DNA of 64,000 nt from Epiperipatus broadwayi (taxonomy: Eukaryota; Animalia; Onychophora), in assembly GCA_028023455.1 (NCBI GenBank), contig JAQFVV010000005.1, positions 7,750,001-7,814,000 on the forward strand, given 5' to 3'. Made by a program: the position numbers and the translations under genes. The notes under the pieces are model-generated. The model saw only the letters and a program-made list of their open reading frames with translations, searched no databases and had not been told where the DNA came from. Position 1 is the stretch's first letter. Each line of letters begins with the position of its first letter. Positions 47,181-62,500 of this stretch are shown piece after piece.

Positions 47181-50100
47181 AAATTGAGAATTTGTACTTC
47201 TAAAATAAATGACTATTTTGTTTATAAGTGATATTTACCAGTGAATTATTTCCGATAATGATCAAAAATGATTCATGTATTAAGTGTTATATTTATTCAG
47301 ATGTAACTCAGTTTAACAGTCTGGTGTAAGTCCAAAATGTTTGATTTATCAGTCCTTTCTGTATTTTAATTAATATTTAAGATAATCACTATTTATTTTA
47401 TTATATTTACATATTGTGATGGTCAGTGTAAACCAAAAATGAACTGAAGGAAGGTTAAGCAGGTGAATGGTCAATTTTTCATTTTAATTCATTTTGTTAA
47501 TGTGACTAAATTCTTTTAGAAATTAAATGAATGATATTGAGTTTAAACCCCAGTCTGTCATAAAATATACTTTTATGTATGGTGTACTGTAATCAAAACT
47601 ATAACAATAATACTTGATTATTTTGCTCTGCTTAATTCCTTTCTGTAGCTCCTTTTTCACCCATTGCCCTTCTCCATGATCATTTACATACAAGAGAAGA
47701 TTATCAATGTAATAATACATTTATTATATACAAGATATTTACAATTACACAGTTTCTGAAGCTTCAATATATTTCCTATTTCAATTTATTGATTGATGTT
47801 TGGATTTCGTAAAGGTATTACTTTTATTTCTATACCACTTAATTTCAGTTGAGCTTGAATCTTATGATAATTTTTCTTATATTATTTAATTTAATTAACT
47901 CACTCTAAAGGTATAATTACTTCTTATTTGTGGTGCTTAATTATTTATTAATTGCATGACAAAATATTTACTATCATAAATAGTATTTATTTATTTTAAT
48001 GTAACATTTATGGTATGTTGTGGACACATCACACACCCTCTTTAAGCATAAACATGTATATACTAACCTTTAAAATTTTGAATAACATATTTTGAAAACG
48101 AATTCTTTTGTATTAATGCTTTACAAATTTTCTTTACACTTAATTAATTTCCTAATTTATAGTTTCAAATTTCTAATAACACTCAACCATTTAAGATCAC
48201 AGGCTTGAAACATAAATTATTCACCCTGTGTGCTTAAAACCAAATATGCTAGAGTTGGAATTCTACATAGACAAAATTAAATAACAAAATTATCAAGAAA
48301 CAAATACAATCATCTTATTAAATAACATCTATTAAATAAAACCAACCTCTTATGAAAATCTTAATAACTTCCATTCATTATTTGAACCATAATATATAAG
48401 ACAAATTCTCATAAAGGTATTTTCTTATGCATGCAAGACTATATTAACAGCAAATGGCAAAATATAATTTTTTTCTTCCATTATTATAATATTTATGGAG
48501 CTATTATCTCAAATACCTCAATATGGACCATGATACAATGCATGTTAAATTTTTATTGCAAAAATACAAATAAAAACACAGTATATTATCCTTTAAATTC
48601 AAACCTCTAAAATTGTTTCATAATGAAATATGAAAAAAATATATCCAGGAGATTGTAAAATCCATCTCAGATAAAATAAAATGATGTAACAATTTTATAA
48701 TTTATTTAATAAAAATATATAATTTAATAATAAATATTGTGGTTAAATTTTCATACAGATTTTGAAATAATTCAGTTGTTAAATTACCTTTATATAAAAT
48801 AATTTCACTTAGTACTTAAGGTTTAGAAGTTGGTTTAGTTTTTATTAATGAAAGAAGTTTTATTCATACATTGGTAAGGATATTAATTACTATATCAGCT
48901 GGATCAAACTGTCAATGATAGATGTATCATGATTTAATGCAGAAATCTGACATACAATTTATATGTCTGTAATTTCTAATATATTCTTTTTACTTTTCTT
49001 TATCAATATCTATTTTCTCTGTTATCATGTAGACTGTTGGAAAATAGCTTTGCTAGCAATTTTATTTGATATATATTTTCTTATATTATTAAGTAGTCTG
49101 GTAGTAAATTTTATAATTTATATTAAATATTAGTTTTGATTATATTTAAACTGCATTGTTTTCAACAATCCATGATTAGTTTTAGAATTAAAAAATGCAC
49201 ACAAAAAAGTAAATAAAATGTCATCCAAATACATATCTTCACACAATATGCTTCTAAGCTGTTCAAGTAGAATTAGATGAATTTTATAATTATAAATCAG
49301 GAGTTCAGATAATAATATTCAAGTTTGAATTATAAAGTTTAATTCATAGTAATGTCCGGTATCATAGAATTAATGTATATTATTATAGATCAAATATATC
49401 TGAAGAAGAAAGAAAGAATAGGAATAAATATATTTCTATTTATTAAGAACTGAAGTGTGTAAAATTAAGATTGCACTAAAACACAAGCCAGTAGCACAGA
49501 GTTGTATAGCAGATTTGTTTCAATTTTTTTTAAAAAAAAAAACACTGGAATTTCAAGCAAGATCAGTAAAATGATATGATTTTTATATTTGCTAATGTGG
49601 TAATAATCTCAAAAATTCTATTTGCTGATTTCTAAAACAAATTTGTCAGTTCATTACGAACATCTATAATATTATTACTTGTGACATAGGATTTGTTTAT
49701 ATGATGCAACTTTTAAATTTATATATTAAGAATATTGGGCAAATTGGATCAAATCTATATATAAATAAGAGTTTTAAAGTTCTTTTTTTTTTTTTGCCTA
49801 TGTATTGTAATGCAAAAAAAAATGTGAACATGAATAATGATGAATGGATAGTCAAATCACATATTCCCAATTTGTAAAGTTTGTATTGAGAAACTTTAAA
49901 AGAAACATGAGTTATAGATCATGATCCTCATCATTTATACCATTTATGTCAACATTAGACTAAGAATCATATCAAATAACTAAAAGTGGTCAGCTTTAAT
50001 TTTAACATAAGTTAGATAAATACTAGTTATTGGAAGATTTTACTTTGCTTTGGCAATTTTAATTGGTTGTTACCTAATTATATCATAGTCAAATTTTTAA

Positions 50101-52039
50101 CTAGATTTTGACATTAAAAAATTCTGTTGTATTTGAATGTTTACATCTATAAATCCATTAAAAATTTTAAGTTAATAAATGCAACAGTTTGTTGGTGATG
50201 TTCAATTATTTGTAAAAATTTAAAGTTGTTAAATTTCAAATCATCACACATATATTTGATTTACTACTCTTGTAAGATAATTTATATAAAAGTAATCCAA
50301 GGTCCACTTTTGCTTTAATGTAGACAAATATCATTACTATTAGATTATGTGATTGCTGCTTTCATTGCCAGTTCTAATTGGTTGTCACATAATTACATCA
50401 TCACTGAAACTTTATCTAGATTATATGAAAATTTCTAAATATATTTCAGTGCAAAAATATTTAAAGTAATATATATATATGCATATTTATTTTACAATGA
50501 ATTTAAAACAAATTCAATAAATATTTATAAATTAGTATGTCTAATTGCAGAGAACTACCTGATTTATAGTTTTATTTAAAACATGACTTATAATTCAATT
50601 GAAATTACTATATAGAAAATAATTGTCTTTTAATTTTTATATTTTGAATTAAAAAAGTCCTTGGCTTATAACTGTTTTTAGATTTGTTTTATATCAGAAC
50701 TAGAGTTTATGAGGCAAGCTAGGCAAGACTAATTACTAGCATTATTATTTTTAAATTACTGCAAACTAGTTTTGCAATCCTCTTTAGATAAATACTGGAC
50801 TATTTTTCTCTGTAATTTTAATACATTATTTTTCATTTGTTTTATTATTGCTTTATAAAAATGGCATACCTGTGTAAAAATAAGCATATTCAGTATATTA
50901 GACATTTATATTTAAAATAAATTCTTATAGTATGTAGAAAATATACAAATCTATAGATAGTAAAATTAATGTTTATTTATAGCTTTGACAGTTGTACCTT
51001 TATAACAGGTTTATAATGAGGAGAGAAAAGAGGTGCATTTGTGATAATTTTGCAATTACACAGCTAACTAAAAAAAATATAATTTAGAAAATGACTTTGT
51101 TTATTAATTTCTACCTTTATAATGAGCAATAACTGAAATCATAGAAATGTAGGATTACTGTACTTCTAAAAGTGTTCAAATTAGAACATTTTTTAAAATA
51201 ATAAACTAATTGTCATAGGCAAATGTATACAAAATACACACACAATCATATTTATGTGATATTTATATAATAAATTTTAAAGTCATACTCCTTAGTTTTT
51301 CAAGTACTGTAATAAAATTATAAGTTGTTTCTTGTGAAAGGTTATACTTAAATTGAAACATGAAAAACAGATTGAGGTGTGAAGTATCAAATTTAACAAC
51401 TTTAATGGTGATAAGGATTTGAGTATTCTTCTCCCTTCTCTTTTAAAGTTTGCATAGAAGTTAATAATGTTCAGACATACATTTGTAAAAGAAAAAAATT
51501 GTGTAATATAAAAATAATCAACACAAATTGCATTTTCACAATGCTTCTGGACTTTTATCTTTATATTATTTTCATAGAATAAAAATTATACTAATGGTTT
51601 AACATTAACTTTGAAAATTGCAACTAGGTTCCCTATATTAATGATAATGTTAAAATAAGTATATTAACATTGTAATATAAAATAATCAAATATTTAGGCA
51701 TTCAGAAAAATGACACATGAAATTCAATTGAGAAGCCTGCTACAAGCAAATGCCTCTCCAGTATCCTTTTATAAAGAAACATCATTGAAGACAGTATTCA
51801 TAAATTTGTAAATTATTGAATAGTGAGAATTTGCGTGATTTTCCATTCCCATTCTACCATCTATTTTAAGGATAGCTACCAATTTACTGATCAATATTGG
51901 ATGATTAGCTGGATTGTTTATGGACCATTTACCTATAAGAAAAATCCTAAACCCCTCAAAAATTTCATTTGGCCTGATTTGAATTCCAGGTAGATATACT
52001 ACTTTAGGATCATGGGGCTTTTGTATTTATATATATAAC

Positions 52040-52209
52040 AAAAATTCATATAACATAATAATACTAGCCAAAAACTAAACTTTACTAAAATTCTTCCACA
52101 ACCATAGTGTGATCTATTAACAAATAGACCTTTTTAAAACCATAGTTGTGAAACAATTTTAGTAAAGTTTAGTTTTTTTGGCTAGTATTGTAAAGTTATA
52201 TTAATTTTT
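52040..52209. repeat. Fold-back / MITE-like inverted repeat
   Basis: aatactagccaaaaactaaactttactaaaatt (52060-52092) vs 52155-52189 (2-nt indel in the T run); imperfect extension outward to ~53-bp arms. Confidence 0.75.
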
Positions 52210-52866
52210 ATTTTATTTATTATTAATAGTGTAGTGTTAAGCAGTATTTAATACATATAAAATTTCTACTAACATGTTTCTGCTTTTCTATGCACACCCA
52301 TATATCTAATCTACAATACTGAGTAATAACTTAGACAATTACAAAGTTTTTTTATATAAATGTATCGAATGAAAATGACAAAACAAATTCATGGAAGTAA
52401 AAAAAAATATTTATTGCATCTTAAATCATAATAAAATTTACAATTGCATAAAATGTGATTCTTAATAACAAATTTGTAATATATATTATACAAAAACAAC
52501 ACATTATTACATTGGTTTTAGCATTTCATTCTTCACAGAGCAGCAGTCTCATCAAAGGTTATCAAGAATTTAATAATATGACAAATATATTTTTGTTTGA
52601 AATCCTAATAGCAAATGTTATCTGATAAAAAATTTAACTTTAAATAGCATTAACATACTGAAGTCCATATTTTAATAGTATGAATAGGTTAGAAAACAAA
52701 ACTTTTATCTACTAAGAATAGCTATTCCACAATACCCCAAGAAGAATTATTATCAATGAAATTACTATTAACTGATTATTTTAATAGTGACTATTCTACA
52801 TCAATATTTTAATTAAATACATATGCTTACAATTATTGCAGTTGTTTTTTTTTTCTAAGTTTCATT

Positions 52867-52870
<4 letters not shown>

Positions 52871-52920
<50 letters not shown>
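52871..52920. repeat. (AC)n(AT)n compound microsatellite
   Basis: Directly visible. Confidence 0.95.
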
Positions 52921-53334
52921 TTGCATAATTGCAAATAATATTTGCATAAATATACATATATGGTTTAAGAATTAATGCAGATCTTGGTAATCAAAGGCTG
53001 TTAAAAGCTTAACTGATTCTTGTGAGGAGAGTTCTGAAAAAGATCAGGCATTGATTTTTTTGTTTTACATTAACAATTATGAAATTTATTAATCAAATTG
53101 TAATATCAGTCACCTGTTTCAAACATAAAACCTTTCATTAATACAATATATTGCATACATAGTGTGTAACAGTGAAAAGATAACTGGTTCATTCTCCAAG
53201 CTGCCTACAGCAGTGTTTCTAAGTCAATACATGTGTTATGCAGTGATATAGTTTAACTATTCACTATGAAAATTTTAAAAAGCAAGCATCTCTGGGTTAT
53301 AAGTTATGACATGAAATGTGGCAGTGTTTCATAT

Positions 53335-54200
53335 GATGAAACAACATGCTAACATTAAATTTTGTTTTAACCTTAGGAAAAACAACTATTAAAATGTTTG
53401 AATGATTTAAACTATATATAGCAGTGAAGCCATGAGTTGCAAGAACATTTTCAAATTGTTTGCAAGATTTCTTTATGGCAGAGAGAGAGAGAAAATTAAG
53501 AAAACATGAATTTTCAATTTTTTTGCTGAATGAGAAACTCACTAGATTAGAAAAAACAAAACATCTGTGTGCTTTATATCTTGCTGATAATCAATTGAAA
53601 ATGGAGCACTCCAGAAACATGCTAAAAATTGCAACTATAGAACTGGAATTCTTGTCAAACATCATGAAAAATGATGAGATGGTGTTTCCAAAATGAGTCA
53701 TCAAGCATCAGGGTTAAATGCAGGTCACCAAAATAGGAAAACCAAAAAAATTGTGAATCCAAAAAAAAACTGAATTAAAAACATAACTCACTGTTCCTTT
53801 TTTATTCTAAAGACACTAGTCACAGAGAATATATCCCTCAAGATCATATGGTAAATGCTAATTACTATTTGAGGGTTTTGAATCATTTATGGGCTAAAAT
53901 TTTAAGCAATCTACTTGAATACCATGAGAAAAGATCTCATTATTGCATGATAATGCACTGGCCAACAGAATCAAGACTTTATTATTATTCTGACCAAAAA
54001 AAAACATTGTTGTGCTTGAATATACACAACACACAAATATATAATAAACTAAAATAAAAGACAACTAATGATTAAACAATATCTTTTAATAACATTTACA
54101 TTATCATGACATTACAACTGAACAGATTTTCTTAACTAAGAGCTACTGTGCCTGAAGTTGATCACATGATTTCATTATAGTAATAATTTAATAATCACTT
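53335..54200 (+). mobile_element. Decayed mariner (DD34D-type) transposase
   Basis: QHANIKFCFNLGKT, AMSCKNIFKLFARF, FLSNIMKNDE, VNANYYLRVL and LLHDNA motifs in mariner order across frameshifts. TIRs not recognised. Confidence 0.8.
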
Positions 54201-55617
54201 TTTTAAAGACTATATTCATCTTCTATTTTGTATTAAATTTCAACATCTAATATTATTAGTGTACACACGATAAATCTAATGTTCATTGATTGATTCATCA
54301 GATTTGGCAATTCCATATTTTCAAAATGTATGAATTAAGCATACTTGCAATCATAATTATCTGTCACATTTTAGTTTTAAAACTTATCTATTTATTCTTT
54401 TATAAAAATTAACTTCTAAACCTGAAGGACCATTTGACATAAAGTTTATTTAGCAATATATGAAATAAGATGCATGAAAATATAAGCATTTTAAAATAAA
54501 AGATAACAATTTAACTAAGAAATTTATTATTAAATTATAATATTTTTATATCAATTATAATTTTTCTTATTACATTTTTCTATTGGCCAGTCCATCCTGA
54601 ATGATATAGAAATTTATTTATCACTTGACAAAGATCTCTATCTACATTCTATAATACTACTTCGCACACCTCAACAAGAAATATCAATAACAATTTATAT
54701 AATGCGAGATAGAAAAAACCTTTCATTAACAATTTACTAAACCTGTCATTTAGAACTTAATTCATGCTACAAAAAAAGGTGGGCATATTTTTCATAAAAC
54801 GAGATATATATAATACTTTTCATATATTTTTGGGTATTCATGGACCACAGAAAATATTGTCTAATGTTGTGATCATAATAGTAACTTTTGGAACTAATTT
54901 TGGCAAGAGTAACCCAAGCTATCAAATATCAAAATATTTTTAATCAATCAAATATGACAATAAAATTCATGCTAACAATCCTTTTGACTGATAGCATTAA
55001 ACTAAAATTTAAAGCATTTATGAAATAAACTATTCTAATATTAATATATATATAATTAAGTTCCAACCTAAACATTCACGGTAAAATATAGTAATCAATA
55101 TTTCTCACTGCTATCAAGGCAACCACACCTTTTAATAGCAAGAATGGAAATCCATTCTTACTAATGGTCCATTGAATATATATGGGCACTTAAAGCTTGC
55201 AAATTGACTACAGAGTATGAAATATTGATACATTGAAGTTTAAATAAACCTCTTTAAACATGAAATAACATCCTACATCACCTATGAATAAATACCCGAG
55301 GGCGCCAATTCTATTGATAATAGACTAAACTAATAATCTGATTCTATTTTGAGTTACTATTGAGACTCTTATAATAATATCCACTATAGCTTAGCTCAGT
55401 GGGGGCCACAGAGTTCCATAATATGCAAAATGCAGATAAAATACAGGAAAAAATATCATGAATCACTAAGAATAAAATATCTACTTGGTTTTGCAATAAA
55501 TAAGTAAATGAAATCGATAAAGTTCCATCCATCCAAACTAATAAGTTATAGTTCAAGTTTAACTCCTCCCATCATCTAAATGCATTAATCAACTATACGA
55601 TAGTTTAAATTAGATGA

Positions 55618-55730
55618 AACAAAGATGTAGTACCAATCAATTTTTTACTGTATAATAAGTTTAAGTTAAATAAAACAAAGATGTGGTACTAATCAATTCT
55701 TACTTATATAATAAGTTCAAATTAAATGAC
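55618..55730. repeat. Two-copy tandem duplication, ~57-bp unit
   Basis: aaacaaagatgt(a/g)gtac(c/t)aatcaatt...tataataagtt twice. Confidence 0.75.
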
Positions 55731-56575
55731 TAAATTAATATCTACTTGGAGACAATAATAGAATATCTCAAGGATCTTATCACATAACTTATTTAAAATT
55801 CATACTCTACAATATCTACCAATTACCATCATAAAAGGTAATGACATAAAATTGAGCATTGTTCTAATGAAATAGGGTACCTTTTTATTTCAAATCATTA
55901 TCCAAATAATAACTAAGTACATAAACCTCCCCAGAGGATCATCAAATAGTTAAGCATTTCATACAATGCCTGGATCGAGAAAATAATATCAGGTTTGAAC
56001 ATGTTCATTATTAAATTCATGAAATAGTGCAATTATATCATATTGGATATGTAGGTATGTGTGTGCGGAAACTAAGAATACGAATGCATGTAAAAGAATA
56101 ACTCTCAACAAAGTTTTTTTTTTAAATAAATAAAACATTTATTATATTATATAGTCAAACTAAACATTTTGTACTTCTACTTTACACATACACATGTTAT
56201 TGGCAAATTCCAATATCCATGACTGAATAAACTAATATAGGAGTAATTAACATTAAATAAACTTCTTTGTACTCTCATTTAAACATATACATGCTATTAG
56301 CTAATTCTAATATTCTGTCAACCAAACCAACACTGGGGTAATTAAACATTAAAATAATGCAATATGGATCTAAACGTGAGTTAAAGAGGTTACACTATCC
56401 TTTATGAATCAACTGAACAATTCTATTAACTAGTTACCCTTTCTTTTATTTTTATTTACTCATTCAAAATGAGGATGAATCATTCTGAGAATTTGATGAT
56501 TTAAAATAAATTAGTATGATATGATTTGAAATATTTACCAAGACATGCAAATCCTGTGATAAATTTCTTCCATAC

Positions 56576-56620
56576 CTTCAGGATTAATAGTATTTTCTGC
56601 GTGCTTCTGTATTATGCCAC
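56576..56620 (-). CDS. Candidate internal exon (45 nt)
   Basis: ttataacag|GTGGCA...CCTGAAG|gtatgg; open only in phase 1. Confidence 0.25.
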
Positions 56621-56935
56621 CTGTTATAATATAATTAGTACAGCTACATCCATTGGTTTGCTCATGAAATTAAGAGATAAAATATAATACAGATGATGCC
56701 ATAGACCAACCAACAACTTTAGCACTACTTCTACTTTAGATATTCCATAAAAGAAACTAATCCTACCTTTTATTTTAATTGGCAAATTATATTACACATA
56801 GCTATGAATATACGATGGAAAACATTCCAAAATGGAAACATGAGGGGTAAGGAGATCTTAATTCTACTAATCTAAACAACAAAATATAATGACTCCCTAA
56901 CCTTACTCAGAGGTTCAATATTGGTGTGGACTTAC

Positions 56936-57011
56936 TCTTATCACCAAAAATGAGGGAAATACACTGCTTCACTTCATATAATATAATCATCATAATATCC
57001 AAATGCTCAAT
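56936..57011 (-). CDS. Candidate internal exon (76 nt)
   Basis: ttatattttccag|ATTGAG...GATAAGA|gtaagt; open only in phase 0. Confidence 0.3.
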
Positions 57012-57352
57012 CTGGAAAATATAATCCACTCATGATAAGTATTTAAATAAACTAAGGGAGAGTTCTCTCAATTCCTGACAATATAATATATATCCTAAAC
57101 GATTTCTTTCCTCATAGCTACTTAACACATTTCACTCTAATCATTAAAAAAATAAATTCATTCTTAGATAAATTCCTAGTTCTTTCACCTCTTTTGGCAT
57201 ATTACACTATCCAAAACTGACTGGAAAAAAAATACAAGTCAAGCGACTATAAATTTAACAATTATATAAATGAATCGGACAAAACAGGCACACACAAGCA
57301 TAACAATGCACAAAATAATTTCAAATCATATTCAATATGTAGATATTATACC

Positions 57353-57622
57353 AACATTAACTAATAAATCGGAAATCTCTAATTCATGACAAATTGTGAA
57401 TGCTTCAAATTTTGAGGTATAATAATCATTATTAAACAAACTTCATTATCTTCAATGATGCAAAGATAAAACAACACTTTTATGCATGTAATATTAACTA
57501 ATAAATCAAAATAAAATTTTAATTTATGACGAACCCTAAAATATTTAAATTTGAAGTATAATAATTACAATTAAATCTCATCATCTTTGTCAACGCAAAA
57601 ATAAAAGAATACTTTTTATGCA
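57353..57622. repeat. Two-copy diverged tandem duplication, ~138-bp unit
   Basis: attaactaataaatc...aaatttga.gtataataat...cttttatgcat twice. Confidence 0.65.
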
Positions 57623-59493
57623 TTTACCCCTTCTTAAAATTAGCTGTTAGCTTCATAATAGCAAATAAATATTTCTACCGCTAACATACATGTATAGAAT
57701 TCATGTATATCAAAAAAATTACATCAAAATAACAATCAATTACCAAGTATAATACTTTTCATATTATACATATCCAAAATGATCTTGGAGCAAAAGAAAA
57801 TAATAAAAATATAAAAACAAATAAATTGATCTACCTATCTATTATACACTAACAACAAAATAATTAATTAAATCTTCTTTTAGCTGGAAAATAAAAGTTC
57901 ATTAGTACAGTCTGTAAATAATGCCTCTTAGACATATACAAAGATAATGATAATTGTAAAACGAATAGATGTTAGTAGATATATAGACAATTCCTGCAGG
58001 ACAGACAATACGCATTTTCTGGATCTAATTGAAGAGCAGTTTCTAAAGTTCTTAGCAAATAGCTAATTGAAATTGCTGACAATATAGCATGTGAAGTATT
58101 CAATATATTTCCTTTTGGGATAATGACAAATTAGCTGCAGATTTGTAGTAATATTTTATCATTTAATTAATTGGTGGTTTCACAGTTTATAACTTGACAA
58201 TCATTCTTGCAAATTTAAAAGGAACATTAGTTTTTTTCACCAATTAACATTGACTATAACTACACTTATCAAGGAATTTATAATTTATTGAAGGCCATCC
58301 ATCAGCGAATAGTTAATTAAGTTGTGATATTCACTTAAGTCTACATAGTTCTTTAAATGACAATATATTTCAGTGACAGATTAAATATAAACAAGAACAA
58401 TGAGAAAATGTACACATTTTAATATTCATGCTCTTCTACTTGCATTCAGTTATAAGCACATTTTAGTATAGGTTACTTATCCATTAGTTATATAACCCAC
58501 GCATTCAATTTTTTAATCCTACAATATGAATGGTTAGGTATAATTATCATATAATGCTAATAATTTATGGCATGTTATACTAGGTTAGACACACACATCC
58601 TTCCATTTGAGTCTTACTTTCCTATGGCCAGAAGAATTTGTTAATCTAGAGTTTATGAAATTTTTGTTAAAAAGTTCAGCATAATTTTTCCCATAAAATA
58701 CCAAAATTCACACAATTCAATTTTTTCATTAACACTAAAGATTAAGATCAGGCAAATTAAATTTGAGTTATAGATGCACATATGCAAGTCAAAACTTTAT
58801 ATTCTTTAAATAGGGAGATTATATTTCCATTCTTTCTTTATATTCCAAAAAAAATATTTTTTTTAAACTAGTTTCTTATAAGAAAAACAATACTTAAAAA
58901 AAGTTATACTTCTGAATTTAAACTGAATTTTAACCGTTTGATTTTGGAAGAAGAATCACCTTGAGAAAAAGAGAAATGTATAACAAAAGCAGATTACTTT
59001 ACTCTATTATCCCTTTTTATTATCCCTTATTGCTTAATTTCTTCCACCAATCAAGAGGTTACTTTCCCCCAAAGGTCAACTTCAGAAGGTCAATCCCGCC
59101 CTTTGCACTGAGACAATTAACTGGAGATATTCAATAACCTTTTCTCTCTTGAAAAAGAAAAAAAAAATCATTCTGACTTCTAAATATTAAATCAATAATA
59201 TATATATTCTGCATTTCTAAAATAATAAAAAAAAATTATTTAGCAAATAAAGTAATTGAGTGTATTTGTTTTGTCTGACAATTCACTGATCCATTTATCC
59301 ATCAATCACTTAAAATGTGTTTAAATTGGTTATCAAAGATATTGATTATAAATTTAAATATTTCACTGCAAAACATAGTATTCGGTATAAGTACATGAAT
59401 GAAAAATGAAGTTGTAAGATGGCACAAATATACATGCACACACATATGCTGTACTACAAGTACTAAATCAATTTGATCATGAGTCAAACATAC

Positions 59494-59569
59494 TGTATTA
59501 ACTACACTGGGCTGGAGTATCAATGGGAAAATAAACCAGAAAATCACTAAACAAATATCAACCATTGTC
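59494..59569 (-). CDS. Candidate exon (hydrophobic MVDICLVIFWFIFPLILQPSVVNT) of an unidentified spliced gene
   Basis: ccttatttgtctgtag|GACAATGG...AATACA|gtatgt; only one frame is open; phase-compatible with candidate exons 56936-57011 and 56576-56620. No homology recognised. Confidence 0.3.
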
Positions 59570-62500
59570 CTACAGACAAATAAGGCAAGTCTGTACCAAT
59601 TCAACCTATACACCAACAATTTCTATCATTAAATATCCATCAAAGAAATACTAAATGTCTTAAAACTTCTAAATAATATCTGCAAGTACTTTCTAAACAA
59701 GATTTTGGATTATTAATGAAAATTTTTTTAAATTTCATGCTATTTCATTTTTTTTAGTTAAATGTAATTAGTTATTACTGATACAATGCTATCTACTTAA
59801 AATTTGTTTCTTGTGCCTATTCAGAAGGTCACAATATATATATAGATTATTAAATAAAAGTTTAGAAAAAATGGCAATGAAAACTAATATTATCTCAGGA
59901 GCCAAACAAAATAATTTTTAAAATTGTACATGGCTTGCAAGCCAGTTTCCCACTGTTGCTATATAACAAAAGTATTCACAAATTTCACAAAGAAAAGTTA
60001 ATAGTTGTGTGTCACACACCCAACACAAACATGAACATCATCAATGTTAAATGATTTAGTAATCCATTTTTTGGAAATTCAAGCAGTAGGTCAATAATGA
60101 AATAATTCATAATGCATATCTATTCAATTAATAAGTGAAAGACAATATAGTAAGGTTAAATATGTATAACTTCTTAAAACCAAAATTTCCTCTGCACATA
60201 TGACTTTCAATAAATATGAATGATATTTATATGTTTGTCTATCTGGATGAATATCTATAGTAAATATAATTTTCAATATACTTCGAATGTTTTTTTATAT
60301 AATTCATATTTGTGTTGAAAGTTTCAACTGTATATTTGTGCAAAAATGAAGAATTTTATATTAAAATAATTTAAAATAAAATTATACATATTATAGTATA
60401 TAAAAGAGTAGAGCATTGATTGGAAAAAAATAATAATATATCACATACTTTAAAATTTCATGGCCTAATTTACATAATATGATAAGCAATATCTCACAAG
60501 ATCTGCTGTTAAAAATAGATACCAGCTATAGGCTAAATTAACTTTAAAAGAGCTTTTGGTGAAATAGTTTGTCGGTGAAAACTACAAGTAGTAACAATAA
60601 AATAATAAATAAATATTAAAATTCTCAATCATCACAGACTCTATTAAAGCTATACATAAAACTAAGTCCTTATCTGCTTCTTTATCCATTCCAAAATTTG
60701 AAACTCAATACTTTATAATACTATCTCTTCCATATCAACAATGACAAAATGATAAGATTTTCATCAGAATAAAACATTTTACTCTGGATTTTTTACAATC
60801 TAGATAAAAAATACAATGCAGATATTTTAAAATTCAATACTTTAAACAATTTTTATCTGAGATAACAAACCACACATTTGTTCCAACCAACAAAATACTT
60901 TTTCACAACTAATAACTCACTTCTCCAGAAACCTAATTATTTATTTACTTATTACTAAATTGACACAAATGCAAGCTCTTCCAAAAAATTTTCTAGAAAA
61001 TCATTATAACACTAACTATTGAACTTTGGCTGCTCAAAAAACTTATACATTGAAATATTTTTTAGTAATTTTTATTTCTCTAATTATCATTTAATTTTCT
61101 CACTTTTTTCTCAAAGTTTCTATTTTTTTCTTTTTTTGGTCTAGTTTTTTAAAAAAGCAGGAAATTATATTTTCATTATGTGATATATAAGTTATTTTAA
61201 GAAAATTTTAAAAAAGCAGTTTAGATAGTGTATTTATAATTTAGTAAGAAATTTTGTTATTGAAGATTAATCCCAATATGAAAGACTAAATTTGTTTTAA
61301 AAAGATACTTTATTTAGCTAAGATATTTCATGGTTTACATAGTACTGTAAAATATAGTTAAGTGTAGTATAAATATAAGCACTTATAATTCTGTGTTCAT
61401 TTTTTTTTTTTACTTTAAAGATGAGAACATATTTTTATTACAAATGTTTGTTTATTTAAATATGATACATTACAAACAAGCTTATTAAAAAAGTCAAATA
61501 TCCTATTTTGATGATTCAAGTTTAGGGAGGAGTTATTAGTACATTATGAGTTCTGGCTCAGCCTTCTTTATAATTGTAGAAAACTAAAATCTAGCAGAAA
61601 GATTGAAAGTAAACTAAAAGCAAGTGAATACCAAATCTTTTAAGTTAACAGAATTTCATACAATATCAAAAAAATATTCAATATCATTTAAAAAAACCCT
61701 CTGACAAGTTTTTTATATTTTTATGTTAAATTAATTAAATTTGTCTTAGAATGATGTGACTAAAACACTTGTCTAAGATCTCTATCTCCAATCTAATTTA
61801 CATTATGAAATTTATTTAAAAATTATATTGTTATAGAAATGTGTTTCAAAATTTTTTTTGCAGATGACTGTTTACATTTTAATGTACAATTTTGCTCAAA
61901 TTAGTAAATCAGTAGTTGGTAATTAAAATATATTTAAATAATATTTACATGAAATACTAATACATGAGTTATGAAAAAATAACTATTATAACTTATTTTT
62001 TATAAACAATATTGTAGGTCATTTTTAATTGCTTTTGATAACTCATGTATTATTATTTCATGTAAATATTCTTTAAGTACATTTTAATTATCAACTACAT
62101 TACAGTTTTATTTTATTAAGGCGAGCAAAGCTGATCCAATAATAATAAAAATAAAGGTATATAAGAGATAAAAAAATATTTTATAGTAAAAGCATGGATC
62201 ATGCACTAAAAATTAAAAAAATAATTGTTTCTTCAACCATAAAGAGGAGTCCACCTAGGAATAGAGTTAATTAATTTTTGGACTAGTGCATGATAAATTA
62301 AAGCTTTTCGTATAAAATATTTTTTCTATTATTTTTTATTTTTTAGTATCCAATATTTTGCAATTTCCTTTTTGTTAAGCAATCCATCTTTATATGAATT
62401 CAATTTTAAATGATGCATTTATTACCTACTGTGTACATATATAAACTCAAGTGTCAAATTGATTTAGTTTTATTCATTCAAAGAATTGCACAAAGTATTT

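Noticed and set aside
55295-55315. TGGCGCCC on the minus strand, PBS-like
   Set aside because: No recognisable LTR pair or gag/pol nearby; an 8-mer alone is insufficient.
57980-58070. ALQLDPENA (TPR-like, minus) versus FLDLIEEQFL (CR1-like, plus)
   Set aside because: Two conflicting short matches; neither extends.
59040-59105. CCAAT and GC-box pair suggesting a promoter or solo LTR
   Set aside because: Short motifs only; no matching LTR or adjacent transcript evidence.
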